Assembly (NCBI RefSeq): GCF_006345805.1
Contig: NC_043002.1
Span: 78,244,001-78,308,000, forward strand
Length of the DNA: 64,000 nt
Source of the DNA: Octopus sinensis
Lineage: Eukaryota
Reading direction: 5' to 3'
Shown: one piece after another, positions 1-11,500 of the stretch
How the letters are laid out: each line of letters opens with the position of its first letter
Numbering within the stretch: position 1 is the stretch's first letter
The notes under the pieces: model-generated
What the model saw: only the letters and a program-made list of their open reading frames with translations
Database searches by the model: none
Told to the model about the DNA's origin: nothing
Translations under genes and position numbers: made by a program

Positions 1-1053
1 GGATTCTAAATTCCATGTGAAATGCAGCAGGGTTTGGAAAGACAAGTGACGATGTTTTACTGTTTACAATACATATTATACTGACTTGTATGCCGGAAAA
101 TACTATAAGGGGCTACTGCAAGCTTGCAGGCTACTGGTCAATCTGAGGTTGTGGTGGTATACAAGTCCACAGTGCCACATGGATGAGAACCACATGTTTG
201 AGAAGTAAACTTCTTAACCACACAGCCATATCGGTATCCATGTGCTGTCAATTGTTCAATTTTAACCAAACTTAAGATTTGGTAAACAATAATCTGGAGA
301 GTCTCAACAGCTTAGTGAATATGGTACTAGCTTCTTATGTGTAAGGTTGTAATTCTGTATCACACACTACACATACTATACTTGAGTGATCATGTTGTTG
401 AAGTTTGAAACAGTTTCCAGTACTGAGTTTAAATCTTGTCAAGACTACCTTAGCATTTATTCCTGACCATGCATAGTAGAAATGCAGCAGTAAAGTTTTC
501 CAACCTTTGCTGAAGCTATGCTGATGATACACATTCAAGAACTATGTAGATCCCCAAAAGACCTTGTCTAAGTTGATAGGGATTAGTTCTGCCATCACCA
601 TGTACCATGAAGCGTCAAATATGTCCACCAACCCCTTGACCTCTGCATTTAGAAATCTGCACTTGATAGGATCACCATATCAGAGGGAGGGAGGGAGGGA
701 GGAAGGATGGATGGATAGACAGACAGACAGACAGACAGATATATAGATAGATAGATATAACTATATTCATATAACAAATACATATAACTGTATTCAGAAG
801 AAAAACACATGTACATACAAAAATATATATATATATATATTTATCTGCATCACTATCTCCATACCAGCTCACCTGGGTTTCTCTTACTGCCACTCTTTAT
901 CCCATGGACCTAGTCCCTGATAAAGATTTCACAGTTTAGGTTCAAATTATCTGAGCACTACTATGAGCTTTCTATATTGAGCATCATTAGCTCTCACCTT
1001 CTGATTAGATGTATGTGTGCGTATAATATATATATATATTATATATATATATA

Positions 1054-1205
1054 AATCAGAAAATAGAGAAAGGCCTCAGATTAAAAAGCACATAAACATA
1101 TTGGTTAGACCACATTTATAGCTTATTTTTGTATTTAAAAAATAAGCTATAAATGTGGTCCAACCGATGTGTTTGTTAATCTGAGGTTTTCTCCATTTTC
1201 TGATT
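1054..1205. repeat. Fold-back inverted repeat (about 70-bp arms, 7-nt loop)
   Basis: aatcagaaaatagagaa..cctcagattaa..aaacatattggttagaccacatttatagcttattttt | gtattta | reverse-complement arm to ...ttctccattttctgatt. Confidence 0.95.
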
Positions 1206-1372
1206 ATTTATATTTGTTTCCTGATAAACTCTTGTTTATCCTGTTGTTACCTGCGCTCTATGTGCATAGTGTGCCTGCACACCAATGCCTGGAGTACATA
1301 CAGACAGTACATACAGACACTTATCCCTTAGTTGGTTATTATAATCGCTAACTCTGTTTACACTATATATAA

Positions 1373-1410
<38 letters not shown>

Positions 1411-1414
<4 letters not shown>

Positions 1415-2315
1415 TGTGGTCAATGTGGAAACTGGGGATAGATGAGTGGTTGGTGAGAGCTGTACAAGCCATGTATAGGAATGTTTTTGAGTAGATGGCC
1501 CTGTTCTATTTGTGGAAAAAGCCTAGGTTGAAACTATGGCCTAGGTGTAAGCTATGGACACATGAGAGGTACATCAATATCAGAGGAAGGTTAACAGGGA
1601 AAATAACTTTTGTGTGTGTGTGGAAGATGCACAGGTACAATAAACACTGAAAATGTACATAAAATAGACTCCATCAACTGCCAAGTGGGGAGGGTAAGCT
1701 AGAGGTAGTAGATAGCTTCTGTTATTTAGGTGACCAAGTTAGTAGCAGAGGTAGATGCTCCAAGACTGTAGCTGTGAGAATAAGAATAGGTTGGGCAAAG
1801 TTCAGAGAGCTCCTACCTCTGCTGGCAACAAAAAGCTTCTCCTTCATAGGAGAGAAAAGTTGGGCATAAGAGGCATCAGATGTGGCGTGCATGAGATGAC
1901 TGCATTGGTATGGTCATGTGATGTGTATGGACAAGGACAGCTGTGGAAGGAACCTGTGGGAGAAGCAGACCCAGGAAAACATGGGACAAAGTGGTGAAGC
2001 ATGATCTTCAAGCTTTGGGCCTCATAGAAGCAATGATGAATGACCAAGACCTGTGCTTGAGAAGAAGACCCATCAAGCCAAGTAAAATCACATTTGTGAT
2101 AAATACTGGTGTTACGCAAATGGCATTCATGCCAGTAGCATGTAATAGCACCCATTACACTCTTAGATTGGTTGGTATTAGGAAGGGAATCCAGCTGTAG
2201 AAACCATGCCAAATTGGACTGGAGTCTGGTGCAGCCTTCCAGCTTGCCAGCCCTGGTCAAACCATCCAACCCATACCAGCATGGGCAATGGATGTTTGAT
2301 GATGATGATGATGAT
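1411..2315 (+). mobile_element. Decayed, internally deleted RTE-clade LINE 3' portion (RT remnant, Cys-rich finger, C-terminus, 3' UTR, (GAT)n tail)
   Basis: Piecewise translation gives WSMWKLGIDEWLVRAVQAMYR, RWPCSICGK, CKLWTH..., LEVVDSFCYLGDQV...RIRIGWAKFRELLPLL and GTCGRSRPRKTWDKVVKHDL. The RGRP-x-KTW pattern is typical of RTE C-termini. Ends in gatgatgat. Multiple frameshifts and stops. Confidence 0.9.
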
Positions 2316-3316
2316 AATATGACATCAGTGAAATTTCAAAACTATAGGACAATGCCTAATTAATTCAAATCAATGTAAATAAATAAGCATTACATTTGAT
2401 AGAATAATGTGAATGCTAAAGGTTTAATGGTTGCTACAATAAGAAGCAATGCACCAAGATGTCCATTTATTTTCAGGCTCCAGAAACTTGGTCCAAATGC
2501 TTGCAATAGAGAAGACTCTACTAAAGCCACCCAAGGGCCAGATAGTGATATTAAACTAGTTAATGGCTATTTCTCTCCACCCCACCTCTCTCTCCATGTA
2601 CACAAAACAGAGACAATATAATTTCCCCCAATTATCACAATAATGTGCAAGTTTAGTTTTCTAAATTCAAACTTCATAAAAAATTCATCTTTATCAAAGC
2701 AGTTGAGCTGAAAGTATTTAATGGATGAGAGGAAGTCAGAGGGAATAACTCTTTTCTGAGAGGATGTCGGCTGAATCAATGAGATAAAAAATTGATATTT
2801 TGAAGAATAGGTAGCAAGTTTGCAAATGATTGCAAATGGCAGTTGATGTTTCCCTTTCATTTGAATATTGAGGAAGTATCATCAGCTTGGATTTCTTTTA
2901 TTGTTGCTGTTGTAGTTGTTTGTTATTATTATTATTACCATTGTGTCACCAAAGACTGGGTCTTTGCATTCACTTGTGCTACATTCCTAGTTATATGTCT
3001 GACTAATAAATAATTCCATTTAAGCATTCCTTTAATTGTGGTTTGGTTTCATAAGCTGAAATCAGAGTTCCTGGATTTTTTTTTTTTTTTTGTGGTTTGA
3101 ATTAGAGAAAAAGATTACACTAGAAGTGCATGTGCACCTGAGCAGCAACATCAAAATTATTTAAAGCTGATCAAAACAGACACAGAAGAAAAAATAAATA
3201 GTCAAGAAGAATTCCAGTTTGAGAAGATAAGATTAGAACAGCACCACAAATAGTTTACCAGATGCAGTGCTCTAGTGGTCCTGTCCAAAATTTCTGGGAT
3301 GAATGAACAGTTGTGT

Positions 3317-3382
3317 GAGAGAGAGAGAGAGAGAGGGGAGAGAGAGAGGAGAGAGAGAGAGAGAGAGAGAGAGGGGAGAGAG

Positions 3383-3444
<62 letters not shown>
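3317..3444. repeat. Interrupted (GA)n microsatellite
   Basis: Direct reading; source of the SL-repeat ORF 3202-3528. Confidence 0.98.
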
Positions 3445-3448
<4 letters not shown>

Positions 3449-3606
3449 TAAGTCAGCTGTTTTGTGTTTGGATGATGATTAAAAAAAAAAATCAGAAGTG
3501 AATTTGAACAAAATGGAGAAAAATGCACAGAAGAAAAATAAGATAGGTGACATATAATTAACTAGTAAAAAGAAAATATTAATATGGCTGAGCAAGCAGC
3601 AAGTAC

Positions 3607-3752
3607 CTGTTGACCACTTCCTTTTTCTAATCGGTCTAACATTTCCTCAAATTTAAGAGGTGTTATCTCCATCTTCTTTGCCTGCTCATTTAACCAGGCT
3701 TCATCCTCACTATCCATATCATAGTCAGGGATTTCCTGTTCCATATTAAAAG
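3607..3752 (-). CDS. EPC1: Enhancer of polycomb homolog, next coding exon (probably exon 3): (A)FNMEQEIPDYDMDSEDEAWLNEQAKKMEITPLKFEEMLDRLEKGSGQQ
   Basis: Contains the EPL1 motifs PDYDMDSEDE and FEEMLDRLEKGSGQQ. Long polypyrimidine tract plus AG acceptor (plus 3753-3754 ct); donor CAG|GTACTT (plus 3605-3606 ac). 146 nt, phase 1 to phase 0, splices in frame with the 17270-17426 exon (G+CT = Ala). The intron between them is 13,517 bp. Confidence 0.97.
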
Positions 3753-4191
3753 CTGAAAAAGAGAATGAAAAAAGAAAAGAAAAAATTACCAATTGCACAA
3801 AGAAAAACAATGGAAACATTTTGACCTACTGAAACAACAAGACTAAATTTAGATAATTTAGTTATTTCAGTTGTAAAAGACTTCCTCAATTCTTTTTTTT
3901 TTTTTTAATTTGAAAGAAATCAATAAACTAAAAGCAATAGGTTACTGTTGTTTAGACCCAGGTCAGTTCTGACCAAGCTGACTGATCAAAAATGTTCCAG
4001 TCTAGACAATTTCATCTTTTTTTCTTTATTGTTCAGGTCTCACAAGCAAGAATGACTTGATCCAAAGTGTCCATGTTGTTGCTTTGCTGCCCCACTCCTA
4101 GAAAGAAAGAGTGATGGGTGTTATCCAAAGGGTATCTGGTTGCTATTTCTAGGAATTTGAGTGGCAGTACAGAAGCTGCATCATGGCTTAA

Positions 4192-4412
4192 CCCTTTCGT
4201 TACCAACCCGGCTGAAACCAGCTGTGACCCTGTAGTACAAATGTTTTGTTTTCAAAAGTTCTGAATTAAAATCTTCCACCAAATCTTAGTTACAATTTAT
4301 GTTCCCAACACTAGCTTAATGATAATCAAGTTATTTTACTTAATTCTTTGTTATATTTAAAATAATTGAAAGAAACACAGAGCATCTTAAAATAAATACG
4401 GTAACAAAAGGG
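4192..4412. mobile_element. piggyBac-like MITE (221 bp)
   Basis: TTAA (4188-4191) + CCCTTTCGTTACC ... GGTAACAAAAGGG + TTAA (4413-4416). 13-bp TIR with 1 mismatch; no coding capacity. Confidence 0.88.
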
Positions 4413-4429
4413 TTAAAGAGGAAGAAGCT

Positions 4430-5170
4430 ACATGATGATAGGTAATATCTTAGTACACTTGCTAAGTAGACTGGAGGAACTCTGTAAAACCAAGGAATAT
4501 ACAATGTGGTCACATGTAATGTCAAAATATAACTCATTGACATGCTCCGGTCTCTGGCCCATAGATGTGCTCTTTCTTATCCCTTTCTTTCCTACTGCTA
4601 CTATAATGTCTTTTACTCCTTAGAACTGACTGGATTTACACTAAACCTACTCAGGTACACCCATCCCACTTGCCCCCTTTGAGTTCTTCCCAAATCTCTA
4701 TACCTGTTCCTTGTTTTCCAGAATGTTGGCTCCCTGGAATACCCACCTCAGCTTAGTTGTTTCCTCATTTCTTAACTAACAAAGGTTCGAAGGGGATATT
4801 AATGGCATCAATCTCACAAGTCTAAGAGGTCTTACTAAGGCCCAAGAGGCACTGCCTTTTTCTCTAGGATCTGAAAATATTAAAAAACAACATATACTAC
4901 TATACTTTGACATACTGGTCCCCATACAACACCAAGGGTTCATTTGGGTGAGCAAATTTGCTCCTAAGTATTTGATTCATCAGCTTTAATTACAAGGATT
5001 CATAGGGAGAAATTGTATTTACTGGTTTCCTGCTCCCCCATAGCATAGTCACTACCCAAAAGATTTTTGCAAATCTTCCAAGATTGTCAGTAGAAAAGGA
5101 AGATCTTGATAGCCTCGGGCCAGAGATCAGGACTGAATAATTACAACAAAATGGACTGAAGAGCCATATG
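4430..5170 (-). mobile_element. Probable ancient LINE remnant (Tx1-like?), family not confirmed
   Basis: GC-richer than the flanks, no open frame, only faint motif resemblance. A similar-looking segment at about 6780-7180 has RVLVRDK and VDCVG traces on the minus strand. Confidence 0.3.
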
Positions 5171-6375
5171 GTGGTATTAAACCAGACAACACATTAAGTA
5201 TACCACCCAAGATGAATTGCATTTCTGATAGGTTTCCACATAATTTCCATCAATCCAGTTTCACATACAAAGCTTGTATTAATCCAAAGCAATGGTTGAG
5301 GACATTTGCCTAAGATGCTGTGCAGTGAGATAGAACCTGGAATCACTTTGATTGCCATACCTGCATCTTATAGATGAATACAGACATTAATGACTGATTT
5401 GTTATTGACACAAGGTAAATTAAATAGAGGAGAAGTGCAAAGTTTGAACAAAGAAAGGCAGGTAGCAATTTGATTATAATGTATCTAGTCTTGTTCTTAG
5501 TCATAATAACTAACACCATTTTCTGAACACAATAAACACAATTAAAACACGAGAGAAACAAAATGTAAAACAAAAGAAACAGAAAAAAAAACCCCACCTA
5601 TATTTAATAACATGAGGGATACACTGTACATGAGAGAACATTAAAATATAGCTTGGTTGCTAAAACATCATTTACAAAGAGTATAAAATCTATAATTAAT
5701 AGTAAGCTATTATTATATGACGCAAGAAATTTAAAATACTGAAATATCACATTAGCGCCATGACACATTGGTTGTATGTGTTCTTAGATTTGCAAGCACA
5801 CATTACAGATTAACAGAAATGCTCTGCTCAAATTCTTATACTTCAAGCCAACCATCATGTCATGAATGTTAGAGACATTCTACTGAATATTCTTTAAACA
5901 AATGTATTGATTTTCAAGGCTAGATGTTCAGAATTTTTACTTTAAATATATCTCACAGATAAAAATCATAATTTACATAATACAATAAGATAAAGTATCT
6001 GATCTGAGCTAGTTGGTTTTCTGCTCCATAGTAACCTTAATATTTCAAGACAATTTTGTTTGATAGTATTTATGAAAGACGCTCAGTGAGTATTTATTCA
6101 GTACTTAAATGCAATTTGCTTCTTCCAAAAATATCAAAAATATGCTAACCTTAGAGATTCTGTTTTATTAAAATAATTTCTATTTAAACAAACTACTTGT
6201 CTACTAAATAAATTGATAAAATAATAAATAGACTAGATCCACACAATAAAGTCTTCACAGAATATTTCATGCTAAAAGCATTTTTTTTTTATATTTCAAC
6301 ACACTAAGATATTTTTCAACTTATATTGCACACAAATGCTGCCTGCTATAAGACTGAAAACTGACCAGTCAGTAA

Positions 6376-6585
6376 TTTCAAATTTTGGCACAAGGCCAGC
6401 AATTTTGAGAGGAAGTGGGTTAGTCAATATCATCAACCTCAGTACTTGACTGGTACTTTATTTTATTGTTTATCAAGCCTGAAAGAATGAAAAGCAAAAT
6501 TAACCTTGGTGGTATCTGAACTCAGAAAGCAAAGAGTCAGAAGAAATACCACCTTACTTTGTTTGGTAATATGAAGCTAATTCTA
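6376..6585 (-). mobile_element. SINE family B copy
   Basis: ttcaaattttggcacaaggccagcaatttt ... gaaagaatgaaaagcaaaattaaccttggtgg ... tgaactcagaa. Confidence 0.8.
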
Positions 6586-8509
6586 CACATGCTCAGTAAT
6601 GTTTTTTTTTTATGCACAGCTGTCAGTTTAAACCATCGTGCTCTTTATAAGTGCTTGGGCAACAAACATTTATGGAGACATCCATGTACTTCACACAGCC
6701 ACAGCTACATTACAAAGGCTCTCTATTAAGCTAGATCAATATTCCAACCCTTAATAACTGGTTATCATAAAACCTACACTAGAATAGAGATCCTACATTC
6801 AGAATAGACACTGTCACCACAAACATTCTTGATGGCATCTAGTAATGGCTGTGTGCCTGCGAGATAAGCCTTATCTCTCACCAATACTCTGATGCAGTTG
6901 ATCTACAACTAAACTGTCTTTCTCTAAGTCTATCTTTTCTCTTTAAGCTTACTAACTCTAAGCCAACACAATCCACTTGGTGGATCAACCAATCTCATTA
7001 TTTCTACAATTCCCCACTTCTCAATCCTTCTTAACCCAAAACTACATCCTTCTAGAATTCATCTTCTTTTCACCCACTAACCTACATAAATTCAAGTTGA
7101 ATATTAATTGTACTAAGCTCACCTCATTATCTCTATTCACTCCTCCTCCAGTCTATGAAAGTTTAAAAAACTAAAGAACTACATCTCTTTATATATTCAC
7201 CAATAAATAGATAAATAAAATTTCAATACTTGATTTTAAACATTCCAATCTTTCTTGGAAGAAGCCTTCATACGACTGTTCATGCGGCTAGAAACAACCC
7301 TCATATTACACCCTACAGTCTCAAAAAAAGAAAAAAAAAAGAAAACAAAACAAAACACAGGGATGGACATATTACACTGTATAGCCCTAAATATACTATA
7401 TCTGAATAAAAGATGAGATGGTCACGGCTGAAATTAGGACTGCTGCTTGTATTCAGAGACTAACCCTAACATAACTAATACATCCATCACCTAGTTATCT
7501 TTATCTATCCCCACCCCAAAAGACCTCTTCCTGTCTAGAAATATAAAAAACATAATGGGTACTGACTGCATTGGTTTCTTTATAGTTATGTACCTAATAC
7601 ATTTTTCAACACTTAATTTCAAACAAGGACAACAGAATTAGTTTTGTTGTTCTTGTTTGAAATTGTTTAACTATGAATATTATATTCTTCTAAATGAATA
7701 AGCAGCATTTGGTATTGACTCAACAAAGGTTACAATTACCGAACACAGATCAAACACACTCTACTTTCAAATACGATCACTTCCAAATTGATGAAGGTCA
7801 TATCTCACTGTAGAATGACAGATTCACACCAAGAAAACATCACAGAGATTAATAATTATGCTCCATATCAGGAAAATCTTAAGTCTGCTACCAGAGTCTA
7901 TCTCAGATTAGTTGATTAATTTCTTGTTTAAATGGGCGATTAGATTAATTATGGATAGATTCTTGTCCAAACCTAGACTGATTCTATTAATCAGGCACAG
8001 ACATGGCTGTGCAATTGAAAAGTTTGCTTTGGAACCATCTAGTTCCACGTTTGGTTCCAATGTGTGGCACACTGGGCAAGTGTCATATATCATATCCTTG
8101 AATTGACTAACACCTTGCAAGTAGAAGAAAGTAGATGGAAGCTGTCTCTCTTTCTCTCACACACATGTATATCATCATCATTTGAATGTCTACTTTGCCA
8201 TGCTTGCATGGGTCAGATAGAATTTACTGAGGCAGAATTTCTATAGCCAGATGCTCTTTCTGTTGCCAAGCAAAGTAATATGACTGTTTTGCAGAAGATT
8301 GAGAATGAATGACATTCATTTGAAACAATCACATGAAGTGAAGACAAGGAAGCAGGTGTGCATACACACTCAATCTTCTTTCAGTTTCTGTCTGAATTTA
8401 CTCACAAGACTTTGATAAGCTTGGGGCCGCAGTAGAAACTTGCCTCAGTGCCACACTGCAGTAGTGAATCTGAAACCACATGCCCAAGAAGTAAACTTTT
8501 GAACTACAC

Positions 8510-8511
8510 AA

Positions 8512-8552
<41 letters not shown>
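8510..8552. repeat. (CA)n microsatellite
   Basis: Direct reading. Confidence 0.97.
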
Positions 8553-8556
<4 letters not shown>

Positions 8557-11500
8557 AACAAACGCACACATATTATAGACAGATAGAGATATAGATATGT
8601 GTATATCTTTTACCTATGTATATCAGTAAAGAATATAAACTCGGTGAAAAGCCAAACACTACAAGGACATTCCCACGAGATTCTTGCAATCAGCAATGCA
8701 ATGAACCTGTGATTGGCACTTTAGAAACCTGTAGCTGATGATGCTATTGTTCATGAAGTAGGATACAAATAAAGGAAATAAAACTTTACATAAGGATTAT
8801 TTTCTAAGAGACCTATTTGGTTTTACATAAACAAATCCTTCACCTATTATTCTTCTCCACACCCAGTTTTACTTTGTAGTTGAGTGAATGACAGCCAATT
8901 GTAAAAACAGCCAATTGTAAAAACAATATACAAAATATCTAAATTTGCAAATAAACCATCCCATTCAAGCTAACATAGAAAATATGGAAGCAATACAGTG
9001 AAAAAGGAATAAAAGAAAGAAATTCTAAAATCTGATACAAAAGGGATACAAAGGAAAAAATATTAAAAAAAATAACTTAAGAAATTACATACATACAACT
9101 GTAGATTCATAAACACACGTAGACACAAGTATACACAAATTGTACATGTAGATATATTTACTTATGTACCACCTTGCAAACCCATTAAATTTTTGTATGT
9201 GCTGTGAGTGCGTAACAGAAATGCTTGAAAGCTTCATGTCTTTCAAACTGGTTTCCATATAGAAATGTTTCTACCTATTCTCCTGAGGCAAAAAGAGGCG
9301 CCCGACCAGATACAACCAACACATTGTGTGAAATAGTTATAGCTTATCCTACACTCATGAGTGAGCCTCTACACTCAAGCTCCTAGATATAGCAGTTGAA
9401 TTGAGTCTTATCTTCAATTACACTTCACTATCTTAAAGGAGATATGACACATAAGACAATGTTGCTCTAGATGTACAAAAAAGAAAAATAGGAGGGGGGG
9501 GTCATGACTGGAACATCTGTAATCATAGGTCTGCTTAATCATTGTTGACCTGCTATCCAATAACAAATATAGCAATGAGTTTAAGAAGCTATCTGAACTG
9601 CTGGAAATTGGGGCAGTGGAATCATCATCATTATTTTGATGTCCCCTTTTCCATGCTCACAAATCAGACATAATTTGTAGAGGCAGACTTTCTCTGGCCA
9701 GATACCCTTCCTGTTTGCAAACATGCTAATATTTCTCCATTGCTAGGCATGTTTTCACAGACAATTGGAGATGACACTGCTTGTATAATGGTGACATTCA
9801 TTTACAAGGAGACCACTAACACACACACACACACACAAGGCTTTTTTCAGTTTCTATCTACAAAATTCAGTTGCAAAGTTTTAGTTGGCCTGAGGCTATA
9901 GTAGAAGATATCTGCTCAAGGTGACATGCAGAAGGGCTGAACCTGAAACCATGTGGTTGGGAAGCAAACTTCTTAAGCACACAAAACTACTGATATAGCC
10001 TCCACTGTTTGTATTAAGGCTAATCATATATTTGTTCACACAACATACATAGCCTATATAAGTAATCAGGTTTACACAAAGTTTGGGTTTTAAAGGCTAT
10101 AGCAATACTGTTGTGATATTTTTATATCTATTGGAGAAAGAAGTTATACACAAACAATTAAACCTAAGACAAAATTAAAAATAAAATTTTTCTTTAAAAT
10201 TGCTGTCTTTATCACAAGGCTAAAAAGTAAAATGATATAAACAGAACTATAAAAATACTATAAACTAAAGTATGAAAATACTATAAAATAAATCAGAAAC
10301 CTCTTTGCTTACCAGTTTCTATATCTAAATTACATCAAAGCTAAAACCAAAAGACTGACTAAACACCTACAACAACTTAGAAATTACCGTTAAAAAGCAA
10401 AGAGAAAAATTCAATTAGATACATAATATTTCCTTTTCAAGATTAAAGCATCGTTTGAATATAAAATTGGAATAAATATAACATACAAGATCATATTACA
10501 TGAAATAAAAATTTCCTTATTCTAAGTGAATGCTTTCTCAATTAGACAGGAAAATAAGCATACAGAAATAAGAGTTGTTTCTTGTTGAGGAACACTGCAC
10601 AAATGAATACTGCAGTGGGTATACAAACCGAAGCTGAAAAGCCTGGGATACAGTAACCTTACCCAATAAGATTCATTTCATTGTATCCCTCATTCGTTAT
10701 TTGTTAATAAATGTTATTAAGATGTTTTTTGGAAAGGGGGACAAATACAGAAATATGTTTTGATCTCAATCCAGCTAATTATGAACCAAGACAACAAGGG
10801 AACCTCATGTTGCTCTACCTGCTACAAACAACAGTCAAATATCCCTCAGATAACATCTTACTCTCTTATGCAAGGCAGGACATACTAAGTAATGTAGTCA
10901 TAGAAAAAGAAAGAACAAATGGTCATGGCTGGAATGCCTTTAGTCATAGGTTCACTCAGCCAAGATAGCCTGGGATTAAACAGCAACTAATTATGAACAA
11001 CAACAACAATCAAAGTATAATGCAATTTCCTCTACTTTTACTTTGTAATTAACAAATGAAAATATTGCACGTAAGCAACTCCATAACAATGTTTTAGATT
11101 ATTTAAATTCATTTGAATCCTAAATCCACTCAAACAAATGGTTTTCGATGTTGATAAGTGCCACCAAATAAAATATCTTGTTTTTTGAAGAATCTGCCGA
11201 CTGTTGTTTTGATGCTGCACAGTAAAAAGAACTTAACAATGATTGATCCGTTGGAGATGTTTGAACTGATTTCTTTAAAATTTCAAATGAGATAAAAACA
11301 CCTACATAACCAAAACAAGAGAGTTAATAGATAGTTATCCTTTAAAATCTCTGAGGAATTTTTAATCCTCAAACTCTTCTTTGCTCTCTTATTTTTACTC
11401 CCAACGAAGCTTCTGCTATGCCCATTTGTATACATGAATACCTCCTATACATGCACACACCACCCCATCTGTTCCTCTCTACCTAACTGCACTCCATAGA

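Noticed and set aside
3202-3528. SL-, IY-, RE-, poly-I/L/N/D/S ORFs (also 1236, 31878-32177, 39519-39771, 49691-50022, 56789-57094)
   Set aside because: Translations of microsatellites.
1-3606. Search for the next EPC exon (…EDDELI…YW..KR…DPYVAFRRR)
   Set aside because: Not found; it presumably lies left of the window.
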